A stretch of DNA of 64,000 nt from Puniceicoccales bacterium (lineage in GTDB: Bacteria > Verrucomicrobiota > Verrucomicrobiia > Opitutales > UBA9783): contig JAITAV010000010.1 of the NCBI GenBank assembly GCA_031283895.1, positions 43,823 to 107,822 on the forward strand, given 5' to 3'. Shown piece by piece: positions 43,957-54,238 of this stretch (positions are counted from its first letter, which is position 1; each line of letters starts with the position of its first letter). A program made the translations under genes and the position numbers. The notes below the pieces were generated by a model. It had not been told where the DNA came from. It did not search any database and saw only the letters and a program-made list of their open reading frames with translations.

Positions 43957-44919
43957 TTGATGGAAATAAATGCAAAAATGGAACGTATCATTAACATTCT
44001 GGCAAAATCAACCGATGAAGGCGAACGTGTTGACAAATTTCTAACAACCCAACTGCAAGGACAAATAAGTCGTGCAGTCGTGCAGTCTATAATCGCCAGG
44101 GGAGAAATTGTTTGCAATGGTAAGACAGGCATTCAACAAAAGTATCGCGTAAAACGGGGTGATCACTTTGCAATTAAACTCAAAGAAAAAATTGCCTGCG
44201 AATTAATTGCGTCGCACGCTTCCGTAAAGATCATATACGAAGATGAATTTCTGTTAATCGTGGACAAACCTGCAGATATGGTGGTACATCTGGGACACAG
44301 TGTAGAACAAGGTTCTACGTTGGTGGAAGCTTTGCTGTCTCATTGCCCACTCAGCATGGCGGCAGGTATCAACCGGCCAGGAGTTGTTCATCGCATCGAC
44401 CAAGCAACTTCTGGACTTGTTTTGTTGGCTAAAACCGACGAAATTTATTGGAAATTAACGCGGTTATTTGCCGAAAGACAGATACATAAAGTTTATTACG
44501 CATTGGTATGGGGCATACCACATTTGCAATCGGGAACCATTGAATTACCTGTGGGTCGTAGTTCCAGAGATCGTACAGCCATGTGCATCTGCACCAAAGG
44601 CCGATACGCATTGACGCATTGGTCGCTCAAAGAAGCTTTTAAAAACACCCACAAATCGCTACTCGCATGCGAACCTAAAACAGGACGCACGCATCAAATT
44701 CGAGTGCATCTAAAATCTGCGGGACATCCCATTGTAGGCGATCTTAAATATGGACAAATTCAGGATAAGCGTTTGTATTTACACGCTTACCAATTAAGCT
44801 TTCATCACCCCATAACGCGTATGAGCATGACGTTCCAATCGGATTTGCCCACTTCCTTTAAAGATGAAATTCAAAAATTGCGCTTACTAGAGTCCGGTTT
44901 AAAATCTGGCGACCCATAA
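43957..44919 (+). CDS. rluD: RluA-family 23S rRNA pseudouridine synthase (RluD-type, N-terminal S4 domain)
   Basis: 320 aa; ERVDKFLT S4-like, catalytic HRIDQATSGLVLLAKT, GRTHQIRVHL. Confidence 0.88.
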   Translation: MMEINAKMERIINILAKSTDEGERVDKFLTTQLQGQISRAVVQSIIARGEIVCNGKTGIQQKYRVKRGDHFAIKLKEKIACELIASHASVKIIYEDEFLLIVDKPADMVVHLGHSVEQGSTLVEALLSHCPLSMAAGINRPGVVHRIDQATSGLVLLAKTDEIYWKLTRLFAERQIHKVYYALVWGIPHLQSGTIELPVGRSSRDRTAMCICTKGRYALTHWSLKEAFKNTHKSLLACEPKTGRTHQIRVHLKSAGHPIVGDLKYGQIQDKRLYLHAYQLSFHHPITRMSMTFQSDLPTSFKDEIQKLRLLESGLKSGDP

Positions 44920-45003
44920 AAAAAGTTATCTGTACTAAAAGTTTTCGAAAATGCTTGCCATTTGTCTTTGCACACAGTTCTCTTAAAGTTGAAAAAGTAA
45001 TTT

Positions 45004-45321
45004 ATGAAAGCGGTCATTCAAACCCAAGGTAGACAATTTACCGTTCAAGCGGGAGATATTTTCAAGGTGAATCGTTATCCTCATACGGAAGCGGGAAGCG
45101 TCTTAACGATTAAAGATGTTTTAATGTACGAAGATGCATCGGGTGTTTATTTTGGAACTCCCGTGTTGGATAATGCTACCGTTTGCCTTCAAGTATTAGA
45201 AAACAAACGCGATAAAAAGCTTACAATTCTAAAACATAAGCGTCGTAAAGGATATCAACGCAAGCGTGGACACCGTCAGTCATTGTCGGTTGTTAAAGTA
45301 CAATCTATCGAAATAAAGTAA
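45004..45321 (+). CDS. rplU: 50S ribosomal protein L21
   Basis: 105 aa; MKAVIQTQGRQFTVQAGD...KRRKGYQRKRGHRQ. Confidence 0.95.
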   Translation: MKAVIQTQGRQFTVQAGDIFKVNRYPHTEAGSVLTIKDVLMYEDASGVYFGTPVLDNATVCLQVLENKRDKKLTILKHKRRKGYQRKRGHRQSLSVVKVQSIEIK

Positions 45322-45341
45322 TTTTTTAGAAAGGTTTAACG

Positions 45342-45584
45342 ATGGCACATCATAAAGGGCAAGGTTCATCAAAAAATGGACGCGACAGTAAATGTAAAAA
45401 TTTGGGTGTAAAACGTTACGGTGGTGAGTATGTCCAAGCCGGTACCATTTTAATGCGCCAACGTGGCACCGTGTATCATCCGGGACAAAACGTCGGATTG
45501 GGGCGCGATTTCACCTTATTCGCATTGGTTACCGGTACGGTGGCTTGGGATAAACCCCATCGTAAAGTATCCGTACATGCGTAA
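45342..45584 (+). CDS. rpmA: 50S ribosomal protein L27
   Basis: 80 aa; [38 protein letters not shown]. Confidence 0.96.
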   Translation: MAHHKGQGSSKNGRDSKCKNLGVKRYGGEYVQAGTILMRQRGTVYHPGQNVGLGRDFTLFALVTGTVAWDKPHRKVSVHA

Positions 45585-46055
45585 GATATTTTATTAAAAG
45601 CTAAACTTTAAAAAATCGGTAGCAAGAAGAGGAAGCTTTAGTTTTGATAGATTGCAGAACATATTACCGTATCAGGTAAAAAGCTTTATTTTTAACTCCC
45701 CATTATTAACCATAAGCATTTGGGTATTTTAGTATGCTCTCTTTGATGATTCCGCTTATTGCTTGCATATGGAATTTTCAAACTCATTGCCCTAATGTTC
45801 CCTTTTTTAGCTTCAAGTAACTACGTCAGGGACGTCATTAGAATCACTGCTATAAAAGGACAAACAGCAAAGTCGTTGCAAACAAAGTTAGGTGGGGAAA
45901 AGGGTGTAAAATATCCCCAACTTATTTGTTAAAACCAATAGATGGTCAAATAAAACGACAATCTTACTGTGCACATGTTTTATATTAATTTTACGAATAA
46001 AAAACAAGCCTCTTTATAAATTAACCCTAATAATCACAAAAGTGTCACACCCTTT

Positions 46056-47057
46056 CTATTGTATATTAGATAATTGTATCATTTCTGCAAACTTACCATA
46101 GTTTGCTTTAAGATAAGACAAAGTCTCTATGTCGATAATCTTCCCCTGATCCATGTAAATGATCTTATCGCACGTTTTCAGTGTGGATAGACGGTGCGCG
46201 ATGGCAATAATTGTTATTGTACCTCTGAGATTATCAATAATAGTCGAGATTTCTTTTTCTGTTGTAATATCCAAAGAAGAGGTCGCTTCGTCTAAAATTA
46301 AAAGCTTTGGGTTACGATATAAAGCTCGTGCAAGAGCGATTCTTTGCTTTTGGCCACCAGAGATAGTTTTACCAAATTCTAAAAGCTTTTGTTGAGGATC
46401 AAAATCTTTCAACAGACAAATATCCATAACTTCTGCAACGCGTTTATAATCGATTGTAGACTCCGCAAATGCAATATTATGAGCAATCGTATCCGAAGTT
46501 AAATAGGGGAATTGTGTAACATAACCAAAAAGAGGATATAACCTTTCTAGTTCCCATGGCTGAACGGGCTTATCATCAATGAAATATTGTCCTCCATCGG
46601 CATTTAATAATCCTAAAATAATTTCTATCAGAGTTGTTTTCCCAGAACCCGAAGCCCCTACGATACCTACAAATTCCCCTTTGATAATTTCTAAATTTAT
46701 GTTGTTCAAGCCAAACTCTTGATTAGAAGAATATTTAAAAGAGACATTTTTTAACCGAATCGTTTTATTAAATGCGCTAGCTTTCTTGTTACCATCAACC
46801 GTACTAGAAACAAGAGTTTTTTGAAAACATAACAATTCCTCGTATTCATTATTAAGGCTTTTTAATGATCCTCTGTGAGCTTTAACAACGCCAACAGCAG
46901 TCCAGAAACGATTTAATGCAGGTGCTAGGCGAAAAAATACAACAGCGATAATACCCAAATTTTCAATCAGCTTTGTATTTATACCTATACCCTGCGCATA
47001 AGCCATAAAAAGGCAAAATATGCAAAGAGAGATCACAGCGGTCGTTTCAACAAACAA
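46056..47057 (-). CDS. ABC exporter, C-terminal part (last TM helices plus ATPase domain); frame-shifted relative to the upstream fragment
   Basis: 333 aa; Walker A GASGSGKTT, signature SGGQKQRIALARAL, Walker B LLILDEATSSLD, H-loop IAHRL. The TTG 'start' lies 11 nt inside the upstream ORF. Confidence 0.85.
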   Translation of the reverse strand: MFVETTAVISLCIFCLFMAYAQGIGINTKLIENLGIIAVVFFRLAPALNRFWTAVGVVKAHRGSLKSLNNEYEELLCFQKTLVSSTVDGNKKASAFNKTIRLKNVSFKYSSNQEFGLNNINLEIIKGEFVGIVGASGSGKTTLIEIILGLLNADGGQYFIDDKPVQPWELERLYPLFGYVTQFPYLTSDTIAHNIAFAESTIDYKRVAEVMDICLLKDFDPQQKLLEFGKTISGGQKQRIALARALYRNPKLLILDEATSSLDITTEKEISTIIDNLRGTITIIAIAHRLSTLKTCDKIIYMDQGKIIDIETLSYLKANYGKFAEMIQLSNIQ

Positions 47058-47850
47058 AGGAAGGGAAATTCTGCAAAAAAATACCGTATTGTTCTAACTG
47101 ATTTAGCTTATTCGAAACCAACGAAAAATTTTTTAAAATAAAAGGTTCTGCTTGCCAAATTTTTATTTCTTTAATGGCAAGGATGCTTTTTTGTAATATG
47201 CTTACATTATTCGTATTCATTTGAATAATATGGCAATTTATGTCGCCTATTTTGTTTTTAACTAGTTTATGTTGGAAATAATAAATAAAGATGCACAATA
47301 GGCATATAAGAATCGTTGGTAGAAAAAAGTTGTATGTTATAAACCCACCTAATAATAATGTTATTAACAAATAGGTAAAAGCTTGTTCAAGGTAAGTTAG
47401 GTAAGGATGAATAACATAACGTGTTGTGTTATCAATTGTATTGATAAGAGAATCCGAATTTTTTTTCAGGAAAAAAGCATAATGACTGTTAAATAGGCGT
47501 TGCATAAAACTGAGGCAAATTTTATTTTTTAGTGAGCAAGAAAATTGGTAAATAATGTATTGATGGGATATCATGTAAACATTTTTCACGAGGAATATGC
47601 CAAGTACAAAGCATAGGCTAATGGTAAACACAAAAAATGTAATATTGCAATTAATGGCTTCAGAGAATTTTTCCATAAATGTGAACTTTACACCGCTAGG
47701 GTCGGCAAGCATACCAATTAGAGGGATAATAGCCGCTATTCCAATTAATTCCAAGATACCTGCAAAGAAAGAAATCAACAACAGGCATACAATTTTCCAT
47801 TTAAAGTCCGTGCAAAAATTTCTATAAAACATTCTTAGATCTTGAAACAT
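47047..47850 (-). CDS. ABC exporter, N-terminal transmembrane-domain fragment
   Basis: 267 aa with hydrophobic helices, colinear with type I ABC exporter TMDs. It stops at TGA 47049..47047 shortly after a T7 run on the coding strand (A7 at 47075..47081 on plus). Confidence 0.7.
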   Translation of the reverse strand: MFQDLRMFYRNFCTDFKWKIVCLLLISFFAGILELIGIAAIIPLIGMLADPSGVKFTFMEKFSEAINCNITFFVFTISLCFVLGIFLVKNVYMISHQYIIYQFSCSLKNKICLSFMQRLFNSHYAFFLKKNSDSLINTIDNTTRYVIHPYLTYLEQAFTYLLITLLLGGFITYNFFLPTILICLLCIFIYYFQHKLVKNKIGDINCHIIQMNTNNVSILQKSILAIKEIKIWQAEPFILKNFSLVSNKLNQLEQYGIFLQNFPSFVC

Positions 47851-48127
47851 AAAGTACGACAGTCAAAATTGCATAGAATTAGATTAGGTAGCTTCCATGA
47901 TAAGTTAAAAAATGTACATCTATTGATTGCGCTAATTTTAACCTTATGTACTTGAATTCCCTGCTTTTAACTTAAAATTTTTCCGACTGTTCATAATGGC
48001 TTTTTGTTTTTCATAAAAATAATGGATTTCGTAAAACAACCACGGCTGCAAAATTCATTCCAGAAATATCTACTTCTAAACTGTTAGCAGAAATACTGCA
48101 CAAAATCAAACCGATTGTACAACGATA

Positions 48128-49900
48128 CTACTCATACAAGGTACCATCGGGTTTAATGCCCAATTGCTTCAATTGAGAAATAAAATCGAGTTTTTCCTGT
48201 TTTCGATTCGGTTTTTGGAAGCTATCGAAACTCGCTTCTTGTTGTTCAACTTCGCCTTCCAAAAATCCTTTAAACTGACGTATACGTGTGGGGTGACGCA
48301 TTTTACGTAAAGCTTTTGCTTCAATTTGCCTAATGCGCTCCCGAGTCACATGGAAGGTTTTGCCTACTTCCTCTAGCGTACGACTGTAACCGTCGTGCAA
48401 TCCAAACCTCAAAGATAAAACTCTACGTTCGCGATCCGTTAAAGTATCCAAAACACCTATCAACTTTTCTTTCAATAAAGTGTAAGCCGTCATATCGTAA
48501 GGATTATCCGCAGATTTATCTTCAATAAAATCTCCAAAGCAACTATCTTCGCTTTCTCCAACGGGACTCTGCAAGGAAATAGGCTGTTGAGCCATTTTTA
48601 TGATAGATTCAATGCGATTTACGGGAACTTGCAACTCTTCTGCGACCTCTTCGGGGGTAGGATCGTATCCCAATTCCTGTACCAACTGTTTTTGGACTTG
48701 AATAACTTTATTCAAGGTTTCGATCACGTGAACAGGGATGCGAATGGTGCGTGCCTGATCGGCAATAGAACGTGTAATAGCTTGGCGAATCCACCATGTG
48801 GCATAGGTTGAAAACTTGTAACCGCGACGGTATTCAAATTTTTCAACGGCCTTCATGAGTCCCATATTGCCTTCTTGAATGAGATCCAAAAAAGACAACC
48901 CACGGTTTGTGTACTTTTTAGCTATACTGATAACAAGCCGCAAATTGGCTTCCACCATTTCTGTTTTTGCCCGATGTGCTTCCTTCATGTGTTTACGAAC
49001 ACCTTTCACCAACTCAACCAACTCTTGGGGGGATAAACGTAATTCTAATTCAATATCTCGAAGTCGTTTCGTCATCTTATCCGCATCGATTGTTTTAAAA
49101 CGAACAACACTTTGGTTGCGATGCACCGATTGTAAACAGTCTGCAATAGTTTCTATCTCACGAATAAGCGGGGAAAAACGATTCAAGAATTCTTCAAAAA
49201 CCTTTAATTTAAAACAATATTTTCTAAAAATCGGCTTTAATTGCGCCTCATATTTTTTATAACGCGCCAGAAGCTTTTTCTTTTCTTCGTCATCCTCGGT
49301 ACTTAAGTATTCCTGCCAAATTTTATCCAACTGATCGCCGATTGTATCGCACTGCTTGACTAATTTTTCCAAAATTTGATAATATTCCTCACGACTTTCA
49401 ATTTTCTTATCAACGACCAACTTATCAAACCGTTCGTTCTTTTCCAAAAGCTTTCGAGCTAAATCTTGCTGAAAATTGAGCGACAAAGCTACTGAAAATA
49501 ATTTATCTTGAGCCGCATATTCCGCCTTTTCAATGCGCTTAGAAATTTGTACTTCCTCATCACGCGACAACAAGGACACCTGTCCCATCTGCTTTAAATA
49601 CATGCGGACGGGGTCTTCTAAATTGTCTTCACCCTCTATCGATTGACCTTCTTCGGCGTTTTCAATTTTTTTCCTGTAATGTTCTGCCTCATCGTTATCT
49701 AAGATATTTATCTCTAAATTTTCTAAAATATTAATTACATTTTCAATTTCTTCCGGTTTTTTAACACTTTCCGGCAAGTAACGATTAATATCTTGGATCG
49801 TCAAGAACCCCTGCTGCTTGGCAAGCGTTATTAACTGACGAATCTTCTCGTTCAAGATATCTCTAGCTTTTATAACTTTTACTTTTCTTTGAATAATCAT
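48128..49900 (-). CDS. rpoD: RNA polymerase primary sigma factor (sigma-70 family, group 1)
   Basis: 590 aa; regions 1.2-4.2, including [37 protein letters not shown] and [29 protein letters not shown]. Confidence 0.97.
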   Translation of the reverse strand: MIIQRKVKVIKARDILNEKIRQLITLAKQQGFLTIQDINRYLPESVKKPEEIENVINILENLEINILDNDEAEHYRKKIENAEEGQSIEGEDNLEDPVRMYLKQMGQVSLLSRDEEVQISKRIEKAEYAAQDKLFSVALSLNFQQDLARKLLEKNERFDKLVVDKKIESREEYYQILEKLVKQCDTIGDQLDKIWQEYLSTEDDEEKKKLLARYKKYEAQLKPIFRKYCFKLKVFEEFLNRFSPLIREIETIADCLQSVHRNQSVVRFKTIDADKMTKRLRDIELELRLSPQELVELVKGVRKHMKEAHRAKTEMVEANLRLVISIAKKYTNRGLSFLDLIQEGNMGLMKAVEKFEYRRGYKFSTYATWWIRQAITRSIADQARTIRIPVHVIETLNKVIQVQKQLVQELGYDPTPEEVAEELQVPVNRIESIIKMAQQPISLQSPVGESEDSCFGDFIEDKSADNPYDMTAYTLLKEKLIGVLDTLTDRERRVLSLRFGLHDGYSRTLEEVGKTFHVTRERIRQIEAKALRKMRHPTRIRQFKGFLEGEVEQQEASFDSFQKPNRKQEKLDFISQLKQLGIKPDGTLYE

Positions 49901-49921
49901 CAGAAAAACGCAATAATAAGG

Positions 49922-51778
49922 TTATTGTTCGTTCCAGCGAACTTCTAAATGCACATTGACAAGTGCTTTTTTCAATTGATAACGTTCTGTTCGGAGCTGT
50001 TCCATTTTACTCGCATTGATGATAGAACTTTTTGCCATTTCTTTGTCAATTGCGGAAATACATTTTTTTAAAAACTTTTTATACAATTGCTGCAAAATTG
50101 TCACTAACATTTTTCGTTCATCTTCAATTTGAAAAGGTTCTGCTAAAATCTGATACCATAATTCCTTCTCAGATTCACTTAAGTGCAAAACTTCAATTTT
50201 CACCAGCGTAAGAGGCTCAATGCCGTTGGCAATAAACTCGTGGACGATTTTAAACAGTAGCTGACCGACTAAAACGGACGTATCCATCCAATCCAAAGAC
50301 AAAACTTCCAAAATACACGCCGTATATTCTGGCTTGTGAAACAGGAATCCCAAGAGCTGTTTTTCTACAGAATCTCGATAATGTTCAACTTTTGTAGGGA
50401 GGTTTCGCGCGCTGACGTTGTATTGAAACGCATTTTTTACATCTAATTTTCGGAAATCTTCTTCTAAAACTTTTAGCGGAATTCCCGTCTCACCCGACAA
50501 CGTGCGGATACTTTCATATTTTATAATTGCCGAAGGGCACTTCGCCAAAATGGAATAAATAAGATCTATCGCCAAACGTTCTGCCCTCTTTTCATTCATC
50601 TCCAACCGCCGAAAAGCTTTTATTATAAACGGGACTGGCATCAAAGATTTTTCCAGCAATGACTCGTACGTACACGCACTTTTCTGCAGTGCAAACAAAG
50701 CATCGGGATCTTTATCCAAATCCAGCAAAACGTATTGTAACTGCAAACCTAAAGGCAATCCTAAATCCATTAAACGGAGACCTGCTTTTACACCCGCACT
50801 GTCACCATCAAACATACCTGTGATAAAACCCGAATATCTTTGCAACAATTTTAATTGCATTTCGGTAAGTCCCGTTCCTTGGGGGGCAACGGCCGTTTTT
50901 AACCCACATTCCCAGCACCGTACGACGTCGAGCGGGCCTTCGACCAAAAAAAATGGTTTCGTGCCATCAAAATTTTGGCGCGCCTGATGCAAATTAAATA
51001 ATTGATTCCCTTTTATAAAAATAGGTGTTTCCGGAGAGTTAACGTATTTGGCTTCATGTGTTGGATCTTCTACACTCTTTACAAAAGGGAGATGTCGACC
51101 TGAAAAGGCAATTGTACGCCCCTGAATATCTTTAATAGGTAAGATCAATCGACCTTGATAACGACATACTAAATCTCCTTGTGCTACATTTTTAGGAATA
51201 TAGAATAATCCACTTTGCTGCAAAACGGCGTGATCGTATCCATCACGACGCAAACATTTATACAACTCAAAACGATCCAAGGGTGCGAAACCAATAGAAA
51301 AAGTTTGCGCAGATTCTTTACTAAACCCACGCGTTTTGTTCCAATAATCGCGTACTTGGACACTATAACTATCGGAAATCCAGAAATATTTTTTAAAAAA
51401 TTGTTCCGCTTTGGAATAAATGTCCCACAAAACCTTCTTGTTCGGTTGAGCTACATTTTCCACAAAATATTTCCCATCGCGTTCGTATTCAAGTGGGACA
51501 TTAAATCTTTCCGCAATCCATTCGACGGCTTCACCGAATGATAATTGCTCTTTCAGTTCCAAAAATCTAAACATATCTCCCGCATATCCACTACTGAAAC
51601 ACTTAAATACATTTTTCTGTGGATCCACAAAGAAGGAAGGCGTTTTTTCGTTGGAAAAAGGGCTGAGTCCTTTAAAAGCATGCCCTGCGGGCTTCAACTG
51701 TACATAGGGCGACACGATATCAACGATGGAAACTCGCTGACGGATCTGTTCTAAACAAGTACGTGAAACAAAAGGCAT
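49922..51778 (-). CDS. dnaG: DNA primase DnaG (zinc-binding motif degenerate)
   Basis: 618 aa; SPFSNEKTPSFFV...FKCFSSGYAGD aligns to the CHC2 zinc-ribbon region. The TOPRIM domain is present (FLVEGPLDV..., FDGDSAG). Confidence 0.92.
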   Translation of the reverse strand: MPFVSRTCLEQIRQRVSIVDIVSPYVQLKPAGHAFKGLSPFSNEKTPSFFVDPQKNVFKCFSSGYAGDMFRFLELKEQLSFGEAVEWIAERFNVPLEYERDGKYFVENVAQPNKKVLWDIYSKAEQFFKKYFWISDSYSVQVRDYWNKTRGFSKESAQTFSIGFAPLDRFELYKCLRRDGYDHAVLQQSGLFYIPKNVAQGDLVCRYQGRLILPIKDIQGRTIAFSGRHLPFVKSVEDPTHEAKYVNSPETPIFIKGNQLFNLHQARQNFDGTKPFFLVEGPLDVVRCWECGLKTAVAPQGTGLTEMQLKLLQRYSGFITGMFDGDSAGVKAGLRLMDLGLPLGLQLQYVLLDLDKDPDALFALQKSACTYESLLEKSLMPVPFIIKAFRRLEMNEKRAERLAIDLIYSILAKCPSAIIKYESIRTLSGETGIPLKVLEEDFRKLDVKNAFQYNVSARNLPTKVEHYRDSVEKQLLGFLFHKPEYTACILEVLSLDWMDTSVLVGQLLFKIVHEFIANGIEPLTLVKIEVLHLSESEKELWYQILAEPFQIEDERKMLVTILQQLYKKFLKKCISAIDKEMAKSSIINASKMEQLRTERYQLKKALVNVHLEVRWNEQ

Positions 51779-51785
51779 AGGTAGA

Positions 51786-52916
51786 CTATTTGGGAGCTAA
51801 TTGCTTGTATAAAAAGACGCCTACGATTAGCATGAGCGTATTGGGTAACCAAGCGGCCAATAGAGGATTCAAAATACCCTGAGCACCCAATGTACGTCCC
51901 AAGCTGCTGAAGATGTAGTAACAAAAAAACAATCCTGCTGCCTTCGAAATTCCAACCACAGGATTATTACGTACTCCTGTCAAAGAAAAAGGGACTGCCA
52001 ACAAAACAATCATAAAAAGAATCAATGGACTGGAAAGAATAGAATAGTACTTTACACGGTGCTCAAAAAAACACGCATGGTGCAGCGGTGCAAACTTTAA
52101 AATCAATTTTAAATCATTCATATTAAGATTTTTAAGCGGCGTGTTGGCAATTTTCATCAAATGCGGTGTATCGTCACAACGTATAGCATATTCATCGAAT
52201 GCAATAAAACGTGCAGGTTCATAGTGATTTTTGTCAAAAATCCAACGCTTCCCTTCGTTAAAAATCCAAACGTTTCGATAATTATCAAAACGCACCGATC
52301 GCGCGTTTATACGTTCAACTTCTTTGCGTTGTTCATCTAACAAGCATACGGTGGCATAAGTGCCACTATAAGTGTACAAACTAAACTGAGAAAAAAACCA
52401 CAAACGATGTTCTTTAGCATTGTAGAAACTTAAATTAGATTCCATCCCAATGGCGTTGGGCGTCAGATGACGCCTTTTCTGATCATTGTAATCGATGGAA
52501 CGTACAATCGATTGTATACGATCTGCCGCATAAGGTAAAATTTGAATATTAAAAATGAGCATGCAAACGGTCAGCAATGCGGCTATGCACCAAAAACTAA
52601 GCGTAATTCTAAAAATGGTTAATCCCGCTGCACGTAAAGTAACCACTTCATTGTGGGCTTGCATATCATTAAGTACATACAAAACAGACATGAAAAAGGC
52701 GATGGGTAAAATGGCGTGAAAACAATTCGGAATCATGAAAGTATAATATGTCATCAATGTGGACAAAGACGCCCCTTTTTCAATAAACGTCTTTAAATAC
52801 TTATACATGTCCTCCAAGATAAGTATACCCATAATGAGCATTAAGGCAACTCCCATTGCTTTGCACCATTCTTTGAATATGTAACGATCAATTAAAGTAA
52901 CCATAGGGTAATGCAT
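51786..52916 (-). CDS. LptF/LptG-family lipopolysaccharide export permease
   Basis: 376 aa; an N-terminal LIDRYIFKEW start, 3+3 TM helices with a large periplasmic insert (YjgP/YjgQ architecture). The alternative start is ATG 52904; both overlap the end of the upstream gene. Confidence 0.8.
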   Translation of the reverse strand: MHYPMVTLIDRYIFKEWCKAMGVALMLIMGILILEDMYKYLKTFIEKGASLSTLMTYYTFMIPNCFHAILPIAFFMSVLYVLNDMQAHNEVVTLRAAGLTIFRITLSFWCIAALLTVCMLIFNIQILPYAADRIQSIVRSIDYNDQKRRHLTPNAIGMESNLSFYNAKEHRLWFFSQFSLYTYSGTYATVCLLDEQRKEVERINARSVRFDNYRNVWIFNEGKRWIFDKNHYEPARFIAFDEYAIRCDDTPHLMKIANTPLKNLNMNDLKLILKFAPLHHACFFEHRVKYYSILSSPLILFMIVLLAVPFSLTGVRNNPVVGISKAAGLFFCYYIFSSLGRTLGAQGILNPLLAAWLPNTLMLIVGVFLYKQLAPK

Positions 52917-54081
52917 CCGCTTGGGAAGTATTGTTCCAAGAATCGCAGGGCAAAGGTATCCTCTTCCCTGTCTGCGTATCGTATACTACCAACTTACGCT
53001 TACCAACATCTTTTTCTGTACACACAATATGGCGTCCATCTGCCAACCAACAACCTTCCACATGATCCAAGGGACCTTGGGTTACAAAGCGGGCTTCCTT
53101 GGAATTTAAATCCCATATGCCCAACTGGAATGTTTTATGGATTGTTGCCGTAAAAAGAAGTTTATTCTTATCTAAATTTAAAGCGGCTTCATCCACAAAA
53201 TGACTCAAAGAGATTTGTATCTTTTGGAAATGATTAAGGAAAATTTTCTCCTTCAATGTTGATATTTTATACAGCTGTGGACCATAACCACTTTCGTCCC
53301 ACCCAAAGATTAGATTTTGCTGATCAAACCAGATGGGTGAAGTCTTTATACCATTGCATTGCGTAATGGCATGCAAATTTTTACCATCCATATCGGATAT
53401 ATAAATTTGAGGAATCCCTTTTACGGACAATACCATGGCTAATTGTTTACCTGAAGGACTGAAGCAGGCCGATGCGTTTATGCCACGATATTGTGCAATG
53501 GCCGTGACTGATCTTGAAGCCAAGTGCATGCAATAAATATCCGGGAAACCGGACTTACCACACGTCGTATAAACAATGTGTGTGCCTTTAGGATGCCATC
53601 GTGGACGTAAAACCGCAGCATGATCCCGTGTCAGCTGAACCACCTTTTCGAACAGTAAATTGGACAAATATAATTCAGAATGCCCTGAAACGTCCGAAAC
53701 AAAGACCAACGTAGAATGGAAAAATCCAGGTGTCCGAAACATATAGGCGATAATACGATTACACGCGTCGATGTATGTTTTTAACGCATCTGGTCCCTCA
53801 CAAATCAATTTACTCAATTTTGTGCTTTCTTTAAACAAATAAACCTTGATCCGAGATTGTCGTACATCAATTGTAATCTTCAGTTGTCCTTGGATACTTG
53901 ACTTGCTTAATCCTCCATGTAATTGCAAAATCTGCTCAAAAATTTCCTGCAGCTGAGGATTGTTAGATACCACAAAGAAAGTATACGCACCCCCATCTTC
54001 CAAATTGGATGCACGGTTCCCATGCAAGGTAACATTGACCATAAGGCCGTACAATACGCAAACAATCCTCAAAAACTTCAT
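52888..54081 (-). CDS. tolB: TolB-like periplasmic beta-propeller protein
   Basis: 397 aa; a signal-like N-terminus and repeated PxWxPxG / FSPSGKQLA / PIWF blades, typical of the TolB C-terminal propeller. No pal gene is adjacent. Confidence 0.6.
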   Translation of the reverse strand: MKFLRIVCVLYGLMVNVTLHGNRASNLEDGGAYTFFVVSNNPQLQEIFEQILQLHGGLSKSSIQGQLKITIDVRQSRIKVYLFKESTKLSKLICEGPDALKTYIDACNRIIAYMFRTPGFFHSTLVFVSDVSGHSELYLSNLLFEKVVQLTRDHAAVLRPRWHPKGTHIVYTTCGKSGFPDIYCMHLASRSVTAIAQYRGINASACFSPSGKQLAMVLSVKGIPQIYISDMDGKNLHAITQCNGIKTSPIWFDQQNLIFGWDESGYGPQLYKISTLKEKIFLNHFQKIQISLSHFVDEAALNLDKNKLLFTATIHKTFQLGIWDLNSKEARFVTQGPLDHVEGCWLADGRHIVCTEKDVGKRKLVVYDTQTGKRIPLPCDSWNNTSQADALPYGYFN

Positions 54082-54238
54082 ACCAATTATGGCGTACGAC
54101 TATCACCTGTATTTAACCTAACTTCAAGTAAAATACTTAAAAACACTCAAGGTCCAAATGAAAAAAATGCAAATGTACTTGCAACGCAGTTCGTATCTTC
54201 GAAAAGAATAAAGTTATCATCAATAACCGTATTATCCA

